A stretch of 64,000 nucleotides of DNA from Hydrolagus affinis (Eukaryota): positions 62,001 to 126,000 of the forward strand of contig JAAILG010000078.1 in the NCBI GenBank assembly GCA_012026655.1. The letters are read 5' to 3'. The position numbers and the translations under genes were made by a program. This document shows, piece after piece, positions 1-13,214 of the stretch; position 1 is the stretch's first letter; each line of letters opens with the position of its first letter. The notes under the pieces are model-generated. The model saw only the letters and a program-made list of their open reading frames with translations, searched no databases and was not told where the DNA came from.

Positions 1-555
1 GCACTTTGAATGTACCCCGGCATTCTTTGTATGCTGTCCATTCAGATCCTATGGAGATCAACTCTCCCCCAAGGGAATGCTTCACATTTGCTGATCCTCT
101 AACCCTGCAGCTTGTCTGCAAAATCTATGGTGCTTGGAACTGCTGCCTTAACTTCAACTACTCATATCGAATTGTCTAATACTCGAAGTAATGGTATTTC
201 ATGTAAATATGACACCAAACATGCTGAGACCCTCCATGACAAACACGTGATTCTTAGTATTGAGATTGGTAGTATTTTATTAACATTTTGTCCATTAATT
301 ACACTACTGCAGCATCAGGTTCTCCTTTTTGCTTTATCTACAGACTGAGGTGGAATGTAAGTCCCCCCCCAAAAAAAACTTGACAATTTGCTACATCCGT
401 TTTGAAATTGGCTGTGATGCATTTTAATTGCCAAATGCTTGTAAGCCTCACACTTCTGTTTCATGTCATTGCCTTAGCTCCTTTTAAAAGTGAAAATAGA
501 GAATATTCTAAATGAAGATCACTAACTCATCTGAATTGTTATCCTCCACACTCAC

Positions 556-605
556 ATAAGGTCCGTTTGCTATGGTCTTGGAACATTTGTTTTGTGGTTT
601 TTAGC
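556..605 (-). CDS. Candidate 50-nt exon, possibly the stop-containing exon (AKNHKTNVPRP*) of an unidentified minus-strand gene
   Basis: Minus strand reads ttttattagctttttaccag|GCTAAAAAC...CCATAGCAAACGGACCTTAT|gtgagt: good acceptor and consensus donor. No homology recognised. Confidence 0.4.
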
Positions 606-3600
606 CTGGTAAAAAGCTAATAAAATTTCAAGCATCTTAACCTGGTGCCCTCACTAATCTTTTTTTCATGAAAAACAGACTGTTGTTTGACAATGCAATT
701 ACAGTGGTGTTAAATAATGTAATATAATAGGTATTAGGTTTGAATCGGATTTCTTTAAATGGATTGAGTTTGACTTTTTAAGTATCTTGATCGAATTGGC
801 ATAACACGCACCTGTGAAATTCTAATGGGCAGAATCACAATTCAGTGTAGCGGGGGAAAAAAGATTTAAAATGTTCAAGTCATAACTGATTACGAAACAG
901 GGGAACTGGAACTCGTAGAGTCATTAATTGTTAGTCAAAAAATGCTCTTTATTACAGATATGAACACAGACAGTTTTTTAGCTACCAAAGCAAAGCAGGA
1001 TTAACTAACACTGAAAATAGATAATGCTGCCCTCTATTCCTACTTCAGAAATGTAGTGGAAAGCTTGCTAAATGTGAAGGAAATTAATTTGTAACGCCTA
1101 CAGAAACAGTTGTTGCCATGGGTAAAACCTTGGTATTAGAGCTCTTCCTTTAATTCGCAAAATGCTAGTAAATGGTTTGAAACCTTTCCTATCATAGTGT
1201 TCTCTTTTATGACATAAACCACAGCTGCCTTGCAGAATACAGCATTTGATCTGATGAAATGCATGTTCACAGGCAGACATTTGCAAGCTGCTTACAAGCT
1301 CTGCTCCCATTTTTCACCTTCTGAAATGTTTGCATGTGAATCTATCTGAGAAAATGCCCTAAAGTGAGTCCTCTGTGATGACTTTCAAGGATAAATAAGG
1401 ATCACATGGTAGAATCCTGAGGCCATTTCTCTTTCCAAATATACTACAACCTGCAGTTTTCTCACAAGTGCATCTGTTTCAAATTAGGTCTTTGTACAAC
1501 TATTCAAAAATTCAGCACAGCTCCAAGGAAATTTGTTGACATTTTCTTCACAAGGCATAGACAAAATAGCACAGGAAAGAGGAGGCGGTCAGTGGGATCA
1601 GGGTTTGGCTTTACTTAAACCAATTCCACATGCTCCTAAACCATTAGCTGTTTTCTATTTCCTGTGCTGAAGGCTTATAGGAAAATAATCTAGGCAGTGA
1701 AGGACTCTGCTTGTTTTTCTTCAACAAACTGCTGTGTTAGCAAATAGAATTCATAAGACACCTTTGAACAAGCACGGCTCTCACTAATCCAGTTTGAAGC
1801 ACTACTGGTATTTCCTTTCCAATCCAAATTGTCTGCTAAATGGAATCAATTTCAACACTTTCTTACTATGATAGGAAGTTTCTGTTAATAATCATCCACT
1901 TAATTCAAAGGAGGGTATTTTCGACAACTGTTTAAATGACATTTCATTTCCACAATTGTTTTTTCTTTTGCCCTTAGGATTTAGTGAGCAACGCAACAAA
2001 ATATTGCTATCACACCAACTGTTCAGAATTAAAGATTATTATTTTTTAAATGGCTCAAAAAACAGAAATTTAAATCAAGATAAATTATTTTCAGCAGTTT
2101 ATTAACATGCTGGGTAACAGAGTGAATGATTTAACACAAGTATCAATCACAAGCCCAATTGCAACTTTTTAGACTTCTTTTGTCCTTTACATTAGACAAA
2201 TAATGAAATTGTTTCTCTTGCACCACAGAAAGGAAGGAAAGGCATAATAACAGTGGACAGAATCAAAAGAATGCTCATGGCAATTTTTATGTTTTACTGT
2301 AGACCTGATTCCCTCTCCGGTAACCACAAACAGGTTTGCCGAATCTTCTTATTTCCGACCATAGATTTCATTTACATTTGTATTTATTTACGCTGCTCTT
2401 TAACCGACCACTAGGGGTTGGGATGAAAGAGCCCTCGGAAAGGATTCAGTCTCCTGCTTTTCCATCCCTCCGTGGGATAGTGCTTTATGACTAATGAGAC
2501 CACTTCAGGCAGTGATTCATTCTCACGACTCTGCTGATGTACCTAAGCTGTTCTTGCTTAGCTTTTGTGGTTTATAACATCATCACAACTACTTGACTGA
2601 ATTACTGTCTTGTAACTCCTTGCCAGACGTCTATTACCTCACGTGTATTTATTGTTGAACATGAATTAGAACATAAGCCACATTATGCACTCCTTATTCA
2701 AAGATATTTTTGTTAAGAAACGGAAAGCCTTCAAAAATTATACATAGTGCCATCACCTCTGCTGTTGTAACGAGTGATGTAACTAGTCTAAATTGCAACA
2801 ATTTGTGAAGGATTCCTAACCACAACTGGGGATTCCTTCAAGTGAACGTGCAGATAGACCACATTGACTAACGCAAGCCACTCAATGACCTGATCTATTT
2901 CCGGAACAAAATTCCCACATGTCAACATGACACATTCTGGTTACTGGTAGCTGTGCCCATTTTGTGACTTGCAGTGAATTTTAAAGAATTTTTACAGAAT
3001 AATTCTCCTCGCGTTTGATACACCTTTCATGTCAGACTTCACTCTAAGGTGTAGTGACTGTGTATATTTTAAAAATTGTCATGTTTTATCTGAATGTGTC
3101 AGAACATTGAAAGTAATTTCAGGGAAAGCAGCATGCTAGGATTAGTTTTAATGCTCTGAGCACTGGAGTATTTAAAGGTCACAACATCAAAAAACATGCA
3201 TTAGCTTAAAACATGCACAAGCTTCTGTCGATGTTTTTGGCCAATCTGACATAGATCATTTATTTTGCACCAGCATCATCAACAATAAGTGCAAAAGGAC
3301 AGATGTTCTACTGATTTTAAAAATAACACTAGCTCGCATTACATTTTTAACAAATAATCTTTTCACTGATGTACTGGTGGTGCTGTGGCACCTTTCAAGC
3401 AATTAAATACATTGTGTGCCAAGTCCTTTGACAAGACAGCTGTGCAGTAGCACATTTCATTACAAAATATCCTGGCTATTAATGCTAATTTTATTGATTC
3501 TGGTGAGGAGAGTTAGTTAAGTGAGCACCAAGGAATAATATATACAGTCAAATTGTTAATTTTACCCAAGTTATTTTAGTATCCTGCTCTCCCAATTCTT

Positions 3601-4325
3601 TAAACTATTTGAATGCATGAGATCACATAAGGTATCTCACTTTCAAGTTTATCACAGATCGGTTAACAGAGTAAATTCGCAAAATGGTGAAAGCAATCAC
3701 AACTTGTTTAATCACTGTAAGAAGAGAATCTGCACAGACACCCAATTAGCTCATTTCCCAGTGATGGGCGAGTTCATGCTTGTATTACCAATCCATCCTG
3801 ATCCCTGCTGAAAAAAAACTATGTTATTTGCACGTTAGCATACAATCTGGAAATTCAAGCCAAAGTAAATGAAGATGGATTCACACCTTAATCAGCCTCC
3901 ACATTAAGCATCTCACTTCGGTAATTGTTCTATATTTTAAATCACAGTAATCTACACGCTTCAGATTTCACAAATACAAGTGTAATGGGGTGGGGACAAA
4001 GCAATAGCACATTCACTGAGGAAGTGTATGGGTTTCCATACTGTCACTTGTAAATCTTTGAGACTTCTAGGAGCACTTCAGCATGAATAAAATAACATAG
4101 AAATACATTTTATAAGATTGAGGAATACAGTATGTGCAACTAAGCAAAACTCTTATTCTATGGTTAATTGGTTAACAGGACTGTGGCTTTTTACTGAGCG
4201 TAAATGTCGAAAGCTGCAGTCTGTGAGCTGGACTTCCAGGGGAATATTCAATTTGATAAATATTGAATGCCCAACTAAACTGCCCCCTTGTTGAGCAAGT
4301 GCCGCAAATTTTAATCCAAATTTCT

Positions 4326-4571
4326 GGCAGGGCGAAATCTTGGGCAAGTTTCCTTACTCCACACACCTGATAATAATCCCTCAAGAAAGAAAAACAATAA
4401 ATTGGTCATATCAATCCTCGACTGTTTGTGGGACGCTGCTGTGCATAATTGGCCATTGCGTTTCTCTCACAAACATACAGTCAATTCACTTTACAGTATA
4501 TTCTGTGAAGCACTTTGAGACATCTAAATGACATGAAAAATACTACATCAAATGCAAGGATTACTATTATT
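4326..4571 (+). mobile_element. Abundant tRNA-derived SINE (SINE2-1_CM-like), 5'-truncated
   Basis: gggcgaaatcttgggcaagtttccttactccacacacc...tgtgggacgctgctgtgc...tgtgaagcactttgagac...aaatgcaaggattactatt, shared with many copies in the window. Confidence 0.9.
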
Positions 4572-5149
4572 GTTTATTATTTAAGGTATTATGCGATTGA
4601 AAGTCAGAATGTGTGTTTTGGAAGGTCAGAAAAGGACATGAGTTTTTAAAAAGTTAATAGAGCCATAGAGCAGGTATTCGTTTGAAACATTCTCTGAGTT
4701 TAAATTTAAATATTTATATTGTTTCACTTTTGCATTGGTAACAGAATGGTACATTCTAATCTGTGTTACAGTTCGATTTGAAAGACAATGCTTTTCAAAA
4801 TGAAAGACACCTGGGCAATACATTTTAATACATTTTTATGTAATGCAGGTAATGGGTGTGCAATTGTTTGCAAACACACAAACTGTAATGGGAACATTGA
4901 TTTGAGGAATCAGCCGAACAATACTTTAGTAGTTGTATCTTAGTGGAATCTTTAGGTTTAATTGTGATTGGGCTCTTCCTGGTTTGGGGATTCTCACATT
5001 GTTTCAGTTAGAGACAGTCACAGTATCGCTGTGGTTTACAGCACCTTCACTAGGGAGGCTTCAACAACTTTTAACTTGTTCATCGTAAACAATTGACTTG
5101 CTACAGATTTGCTTCATTTGGCACCTGAAGCAGGCCAGTGTTTTCGAAG

Positions 5150-5250
5150 AGAAGAGAGTGACTGGGTCTGTAGTGTTGCAGGAGGTTACAGAGGTAAGAT
5201 GGGAGTAAAGCCGTGTAGAGATTTCAGGGTGATGACAAGGATCTGGAATT
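5150..5250 (-). mobile_element. L2 LINE ORF2 3' fragment, decayed
   Basis: ggaggttacagaggtaagatgggagtaaagccgtgtagagatttcagggtgatgacaaggatctggaatt parallels the L2 segment at 33237-33306. Confidence 0.6.
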
Positions 5251-6174
5251 AAAATAATGTGGAGATATAACCCCAGAAGTTATCAGAAAGCCTCTGTACT
5301 GATCCAAATGGCTATTCCTCATGTGTAAGCATGGACACAGAGTTCCGGAAGGCCAAATGGTATGGATGAGGCATTATAGCTAAGGCTTATCCTGTCATCA
5401 CCCACAATCTATACACGAACACCTTCCAGCAGGGCTACTAGATTGTGTTCAGGAGGTGGCTCAGGTTTTGCCTTTTCCTTTGAGTCAGGGAGATCAAAGT
5501 CGACAGCTGTCTGTTTTGTTTACCATCGCTCCTGATCTCCAGACTCCGCTACTAATGCTATCAATCACAGAAGTAGATCACTGCTACAGAGTGAAGATCT
5601 ACACCTCGTATAACCAAAACAAGCAGTTGCAGAATCCTGAAACTGAATTGCATTTGAAGTGTTCTCCTTTTGGAGTTGGGCTTTTTAGTGATGAACAGAT
5701 GAACCAGAAACCCAGAAAGTGGAACCACAGAACCTCAAGCACGAAGTTGATGGCAGCAAAAAAGTAATACAGTACAGACTTAGCTGAATATTTCTCCTTG
5801 TTGAATAAATATGGCTGTGGAGTAAAAGTAACAAATGAAGGATAAAGTAAAATACTGCAATAAATACTCTTTTTGTTACAAGCACATCTGTTTTTTTGTA
5901 TTAGAGCTACCCATTTAATCAGGTAACATATATCTGCAAGGACTCATGAGAAGTAGCAAGAGTGATTATAGCAAAGGCCAGGTCACCGAGATCTATAGAA
6001 GGAATACAGCTGAATATCCAACTCTCCCAAATCAAGGCATAGGAACAGAGCCAAAAAGACCAGATAAATAAACATACAAATAAATTTATATCATCCATGG
6101 TAAAGGATATGTAAAAGTTTCAGTTGCAATAACACAATGCACAAATAAATTAATAACAGTACAATGTAATAGTA

Positions 6175-6284
6175 ATAAATAATAATCCTTGCATTTGATA
6201 TAGCACTTTTCATGTCTTCTAGGTGTTTCAAAACACTTCACAGAATATACTGAAGTGAATTGACTGTATATATGTGGGTGAAAC
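6175..6284 (-). mobile_element. SINE 3' fragment
   Basis: aataatccttgcatttgatatagcac...cttcacagaatatactg, reverse complement of the family tail. Confidence 0.85.
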
Positions 6285-6954
6285 TACACTACACTACAGG
6301 TAATTATTGTATTAAAGCAGTGGGCACGAGTTTTGTTAAAGTGAACTTGCAAAATACAAGAAGCATAATTGATCAGGGCAGATACGGAATGGTTGGATGC
6401 CTGGAATCATTGCATGACACTGTAAACGTCTGATATACAAGGTAGAGGAGGCTTTATCCCTTTGGGAGCAAGGCTAATATTCAGCCCAGCGACACTAGAT
6501 TCATTTCACCCGTCACAGTGGGGTGCTAAAGGTGACAGTCTAGTCTCAGTAGACTTAAATCTACAAAAACTCAGGATTCCTGAATGATAATAGAAAAGGA
6601 GAACAGGGATAAAATAAAATCACCAGAGACAGCAGCACAAATGTTACCAAAAAACATAATGGGAAGAGTTTGGCTGCCAACAGCTAACATGCCTAGGCAG
6701 TTAGCGTGTGACAAGCTATATGACAAGAAAATGAAACAGTCTTTCACCCTCCTTATACTACCCAGCTGCTGTAACACTTGGCAACCTGGGTACTGAAGTG
6801 AGGTCCTGTTTAAAATTAAACTAGTGCCAGTTCATCTCATGCCCCCGAACACAAACAGCTCAAGGACTTTGTGTCATAATATTGATGTACATTGTGATGA
6901 AATTGTCTGAAAATTGGGAAGGGATAATAATGATTCTTACATTGCACTTGGAAT

Positions 6955-7280
6955 AAGTCAGTGAGCAGTCGTCTCCCAAGCGAGGGCGAAACATTGGATA
7001 AGTTTACTCACTCCACACACCTCTGTGTACCGAGAAGTAAGGAGGAACCTAATTAGTCGACTGACGGGTTGCTTTTCCGGGGGTAATAATTCCTTCAAAA
7101 AAAAATATTATAAATTGGTCACTTCAATCCATGACTATTTGTGGGACACTGCTGTGTGCAATTTACTGCTGTATTTCATCCATAAAATATAGTCAATTCA
7201 CTTATATATTCCGTGAAGCGCTTTGAGACATCTCAAAGACACGATAAGGCACTATATCAAATGCACAGATTATTATTACT
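6955..7280 (+). mobile_element. SINE, long variant, degenerate head
   Basis: Family body and (ATT)n tail, plus an extra internal segment at about 7021-7090. Confidence 0.85.
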
Positions 7281-7288
7281 AAAATAAT

Positions 7289-7378
7289 AGCGCTTCACAG
7301 AATATTTTGTGGGTGAAGTGCGGCAGCTAATTGTGCCACAGCAGTGTCCCGAACACAGTCGTGGACTGAAGTGATCAC
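7289..7378 (-). mobile_element. SINE internal fragment, inverted relative to the adjacent copy
   Basis: gcgcttcacagaatattttgtgggtgaagtgcggcagctaattgtg...gcagtgtccc. Confidence 0.8.
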
Positions 7379-7787
7379 ATTCTTATTATTAAGTGATCTC
7401 TATTAGTAAATTAATAAATGAAATGAATCGAATGGGGATTAGCTCATTGCGGTCTTAAGTGAGCCACTTTTAACAGTATCCAAACAGCAACGGTGATGGG
7501 TTTCTCATGCCAGACATCAGACAGGCCAAACAACCATTGCAGAAATGAGACAACACACTTTAACTGGCGTAATCCAGACTATATGAGTCAGCACCTTGAA
7601 AACCGACTAAACTACCCCAGACAAATTCCAGCCCTGTGTTACAAGTTCATGATCGTCTGGTGGGAAGTCCAAAGTGTAGCCAGTAAAGCTCCTCCTCTCC
7701 AAAAAAAAACTTTTTAGTAACAATGAGCAGAATGTGGGAAATGCTGATTTTTTTTTAACAGCATTCATGTCAGCTTGGTTGGTTTAA

Positions 7788-8150
7788 ATAATAATAAGAT
7801 AATAATAATAATAATCCTTGCATTTGATATATCGCCTTATCACATCTTCGAGGCATCTCAAAGCACTTCACAGAATATATTGTGGAGTGAATTCACTGTA
7901 TATTTTGTGGGTGAAACGTGGCAGCCCATTGCACACAGCAGTGTTTCACGAACAGTCATAGATTATTATTTTTTCTAATTGTTTTAAGGGGTTATTACCT
8001 CCGCAAAATGATCCGCTAATTAACTAACAACCAACTACTTACTGCTCGGTGAAAAGAGGTGTGTGGAGTAAGGAAATTTGACCCAATGTTTTGCCCTGCT
8101 CCAGAATCAAGCCTGACTTGCCTAGGCAAGTACTCTGAGCTACAGGAACT
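7788..8150 (-). mobile_element. SINE, long variant, near full length
   Basis: (AAT)n tail, family body, head end ctgagctacagga. Confidence 0.85.
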
Positions 8151-8552
8151 ACACGGGAGATCACAATGTAGTTTTGCAGAGTTGAAACTCTATTATTTAG
8201 TTTGCTTAGGTAAAATTGCCAGATTACCATGTGGAAGGGAACCGTTCCATATTGAACGGGAGAAAAACATAATTTTCCCCCTGAATAGCCTCTTTTGAAT
8301 GACGCCAATTGAATGTGGTCACTGAGATATTCAATGCCAAGTCTGACAGGCTGCTCAGTTGCTGGGCGAGGATGTGTGTAGCCCTGATACAGTAATCGGT
8401 CAAAAAAAACAAAACAAAATTCATATAATACAGAAGTACTTTCTAGACAATATATCTAGTTGTAACCAGCTCATTCTACTTTTAACAGGTTCTTAAAAAA
8501 GGTGGCACGATTCAATTACACAAGACAAACTTTAACTAGAAAAGGAAATGAA

Positions 8553-8884
8553 AATAATAATAATAATCCTTGCATTTGATATAGCGCTTTCCACATCTTA
8601 TCAACGTCCCAAAGCGCTTCACAGAATATACTGTAAAGTGAATTGACTGTATATATTTGTGGGCGAATCGCGGCAGCCAATTGCGCACAGCAGTGTCCCA
8701 CACACAGTCGTGGATTGAAATGGCCAATTTTATTATTGTGGGTTTTTTGGAGGGATTATTATTATTAGGCGTATGGAGTAAGGAAACTTGCTCAAGGTTT
8801 CGCCCTGACCTGCCTGGATTCGAACACAGGTCTCCCCAGCTTGGTCTCCCCAGCTTGCAAGACAACCACTGAGCCACAGGAGCC
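8553..8884 (-). mobile_element. SINE, full length
   Basis: Tail, body and tRNA head (B box, reverse complement ggattcgaac); 14-bp tandem duplication ggtctccccagctt at 8829-8856. Confidence 0.93.
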
Positions 8885-11800
8885 AGTAACAGATGGTAAT
8901 TTTCGGTAGCTTTTAAAGGTCAGACCAACTAGAATGTCTGTACTGAGCCAAGGAAGGTGGGGGTGGCCAAAGGAAGATAAGGAGGAAAGATGTTAATTCT
9001 AATGAAAATCAATTCAGCAATTTACTAGTTTCAAAGCCACAGGGACAAGACTATCAACGCAACCAATGTCACATTGTTACTGCTTCCTGCCCTGCATACA
9101 GCAGGAGCAGTGCAGGAACTTCTAAATACTTCCTCTCCAGCAAGGACAGCCACTGATACACTTTCTAATTAGAGGCCTGATCTATTCCATTTGATTTTAA
9201 TGCTGAAGCATCTATGGCCCACCTATTTTTTTTCTCTCATGTTATAATAACAGCAGTACCCTGATACACCAAAGTCCAATAATTAGCAGTTTCCCTGTGT
9301 ATTAAGGACTCACAGTCAACTTCCAGTTTACTGGAATCCGGGTATCCAGAATTTAAGAATAAAACATTTTCAACAGGCCCATGGCTTCCTGCCAGCCCAC
9401 CTCTCTCAGTTTGTGCCCAGCCCTCACCATCCTTCCTGACCTTCAGTGGCCAGTGATATTGTCTTTAACTTCATTTGAAGATAGCTTATTCACTTAGCCA
9501 GATCCCCCACAACACACACACACTAGTCCAACTAGCCAGGGGTATTAGTGTGAAATCTAGTTTAGATTGAAACCCGAGGCATTCATTGCTTCCTTACAAA
9601 AGACAAAAACTCAGCTGTTACAATGTAATAAGTAAAAGGTTAACTTTGTAGTTCACTAACATGAACATCTATCTCCACCTCCTCCCTCCCCAATCATATC
9701 AACAGGATTGCTGGTAGCCAGGGTTGGCTTTTATCCAGCCATCAAAATATTGTGTTTCTTTCAGATTATCATGTTGTCAAAAGTATCCCATGATAGCCAT
9801 ATTTCCAGCACTTATTTCCCACACCAAATCTAATTTGCATCTTTAATAAAACTGGGATCCATTGATTTCATCCTTGCATTTGTTGAGCAGTCCTCCGTTT
9901 ACATTGGCTACTTTTGTAACTTGATCATTTCCAAGGCTACAATTTTGTTATGTCCCTGAGAATTATTATTCATTTTAAAATTTTCACTTCTTCAATGTAG
10001 CACTGTCTCAAAACATTTATATATTACAGGGTTTTTTTTAATTATGGATTCATTACTTTCAGCGTATTTTTTAAAAATGGCAAAAAATTGTGAAATCAAC
10101 CTCTCTTGTTTCCTAACCAAATAAACTGTCCACTAGGCATCCCATTACATTAAATTTAATAATACTATACTGTAGACAACCAGAGGTGTGAAAACAGTTC
10201 TGCTAGATTACATTTGACTTTGAAATACAATGCCCGAACAGATTGGTTACACCCAACACTTGATCTGAATGCTGCACCTTAGTCATTCTTTTTACAAGAC
10301 AAATTAACTACACTTATTGTCACTAATGGGAACTTCTAGCTGGCTATATTTGTACAGCTTGTTAAATGTTTGGGCAAACATGACATACTCTTCCACAGGT
10401 CATCCTGTGGAATTAGTCACAAGTCAGTTTTAAATGTTAAAAGAAAACATAAACAGACGTTGGCAAAATAACTTTACTCTATGATAACAAAACTGCTACA
10501 GAAACTATTAAAAATCTGTAAGTTCTTCTGGATTTGGATTTCTGAATAAAGTGTTCAGAAAGTACTGACCCAAAAGTCTGCAAAATGAAAGCTGTGATTG
10601 ATTAACCTCAGGTAAGAAAACTACTTTTAAAGATTGCCTGTAAGGCGGGCCAGGGTTCAGTGCATGAAGCAATGGGCTGAGATTTATAGGGCTCGGTCAG
10701 GTCTCCCGAGTTATTAGCTGGCTTCAGCTGCTGTGAGATTTGGTGCTGGCCACACCACAAAACATTGTTAAGAAAGACTTGTAAATACGATTGTATTAAA
10801 ATAATCTTTCTATAATTTTAATGGAATACTGTGTTCAAATGAAGCATAGAGACAGCAAATGGATTTCATAATTATTCCCAAATTGTTGCAAAGCTTTGAA
10901 TTTCCGAAGCTTTACTGCTTTATTCGGTGATTCAACCAATTGCAAACCTGTGTGGGTTTTTCCCAGGAATGGAGCCCAGCTTTCTCCATCTCTCATATTT
11001 GAAATGTACTTATCCCAGGTAAACAGAATCAGATATTTTCCTCCCTTAAATCAACTTTGCTGTTGTTTCCAAAAGCATTAGAGTAATCCAGTTACACTCT
11101 ATAGTCCATTTACTGACAACTATCACATTAAAATATATCTGAGGAGTCAGGGGAATATGTCAGTTTTGTGAGTTTACTTTCCATATGCTATCAGGAGGCT
11201 GTAATTCCATATTTTAACTTTTTCTTTCATAATTGTCTATGTATATTGATCTGATTCAACGCTGGATGTTTCTGCTAAAAGCTGACACATTTCTCTAATG
11301 TAATCCATTAAAAAGTAATATAATTGCTAGGTTTGAAATCTGAAGCCGTAGATTAAGAAACTGTGTCTACAGAGGTCAACCAAGCAAACGGCTACCTCAC
11401 AGGCACCTCGAGGCAGAGCACACTTGATGTAAGTGCAGTGCATGCCAGCTGTACCCATTGACACCTGATCAATAGACCCATTGCATTATCAGGCTTTAAC
11501 AGCTGCTTATTAGTTCATCAGTTTTGTGTTACTGCCCTCAAACACTGAATGACAGGAGAAGTCAGTTTTTTCTCTCTGCTGAGAGCATATTTAATATCAT
11601 ACTATCTGTTGTCTGTGGTATAACCAATGTTATCGGGCTTTTTTTAAATGAGTCATGGGGTAACTTTCTTCCTGAAGAATGGCTAATTTTAGAAATGGAA
11701 TTATCCGGTAATGTCTTATAACACTAGTAATAGACCTCACCGGCTATCGTCTGATCATCTTTAGTGTAAACACCATTACAATGTCAAGGCTGAGGCAATG

Positions 11801-11895
11801 TTCTGAATCGTTTTACAGTGCAAGGTGCAGACGCGCTTTGTTGATCAACCATTGTTTCTTTCAAAACAACTGATACGCACACAGCTTTGAACAAG

Positions 11896-12014
11896 ACGTT
11901 TCGCCCACAAAATAAAGTCAAACCACTTTACAGTATATCCTGTGAAGTGCTTCGAGACATCTCGACAATATGATAAGGCACTATACCAAATGCAAGGATT
12001 ATGTTTATTATTAT
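11896..12014 (+). mobile_element. SINE 3' fragment
   Basis: cgtttcgcccacaaaat...tgtgaagtgcttcgagac...aaatgcaaggattat. Confidence 0.85.
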
Positions 12015-12254
12015 AATTGATATCACTGTTGAACTAAACAGCTGTGGGGGTTATGTTGTGGTGACTCAAAATTTATCCCTTGTAAGTACTGTACTTGAAA
12101 ATGTTTTGGGAAGGATATTCTTCTACTTCCAAATTTTCCATTTCTTCTGAAAGAGATTGAATCTTATTTTTTTTATGGTGATGTGGTGTGCCAGACAACC
12201 TCTGGTACCTCAGCTGAGTGGCCATTAATCCTAGCTAATTTACAGTATTTAACC

Positions 12255-12397
12255 CAGAGCTATTGAGGCGAATTGTAGTACCCCTATCTCTGCCACCAGC
12301 TCAGAACAACTAACTCATCACTAAATGGGATTCAAATCTGCCACTTTCTGTTTTTTATGACCCAGAACTGTGGTCCCATTAGCCATTCAGTGAGCCC
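12255..12397 (-). mobile_element. Old tRNA-headed SINE-like element, second family, 5' part
   Basis: attgaggcgaattgtagtacccct...ctcagaacaactaactca...gggattcaaatctg...cagtgagcc; tRNA-head-like end on the minus strand; related fragments near 10650-10760 and 30440-30500. Confidence 0.45.
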
Positions 12398-12981
12398 CCT
12401 CCTTCTCCTCCTCCCTCAATACACCAATTTGTGACATGAGAAATTCAACCCTCTTTTATCCTCACTGCCTGGGTTTAAAGCTCATTGAAAATGCAACCGA
12501 GGCCTATATATGTAACTTTAAAGTGGAACACAACAAATGACAAATATAATTTTATCTGGCTTTTTCAGTGGCTTGTACAGTTCATTTCAAAGCTGTGACA
12601 TGCTTGAAGAGGGCTCAGATGATGAGAGAATCTATCAAAGGAAAGCTCAAGCTGTTTACAAAATGATCTGAACCATGCATTCCATCACATCTTTGCCACC
12701 ACACGTGACATGACACGCTATCCAAACCAGTTCTTGTTTTTTTCTGAATATTTTAAGTACAAGAGTGTTGTTTTCCCTTCAGATTTTTATATCTGCTGCC
12801 ACTGTAAAATTTCGCAATTCAGATGTACTCGCAGCTAGACTCCATCAGGTGACAGAAAGAAGAGATAGATTTTTTTTTGGTGCTGTGGGTTATCAAAACA
12901 GTGCTGCAAATAAATATATTCTCTTCCATAGATGGGGGTCAAAAATGTAATATGTGATGTGATTGCATTACAATCCTTCTG

Positions 12982-13122
12982 TTTGATACAGTGCCTTATC
13001 GAAGTGCTTCACAGGATATACTATAAAGTCTATGTCCATTTTGCAGGCGAACGCAGCAGTCAATTTGCTTACAACAAGCAGTGTCCCACAAACAAGCATG
13101 GACTAAGTGACCAATTTTATTT
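12982..13122 (-). mobile_element. SINE 3' half
   Basis: gtgcttcacaggatatactataaagt...gcagtgtcccacaaaca...gtgaccaatttt. Confidence 0.8.
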
Positions 13123-13214
13123 GGGGAACTATTGTGAAATCAACTAAACTATTGGCCAGGACTACAGGATAAACTCCATAGAAGAGCAGTCAAACTAGTT
13201 AATAACTGTAAAAT

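Noticed and set aside
5700-5763. Purine-rich plus-strand stretch reading DEPETQKVEPQNLKHEVDGSKK
   Set aside because: No convincing polypyrimidine acceptor in that frame and a weak donor
12612-12675. atgatga...ctga resembling C/D-box snoRNA boxes
   Set aside because: Only about 53 nt between the boxes, no recognisable rRNA guide; motifs are common by chance
12783-12848. Plus-strand AG...GT segment of 66 nt (IFISAATVKFRNSDVLAARLHQ)
   Set aside because: Weak donor (gtgaca), no partner exons or homology, and opposite strand to the better candidates
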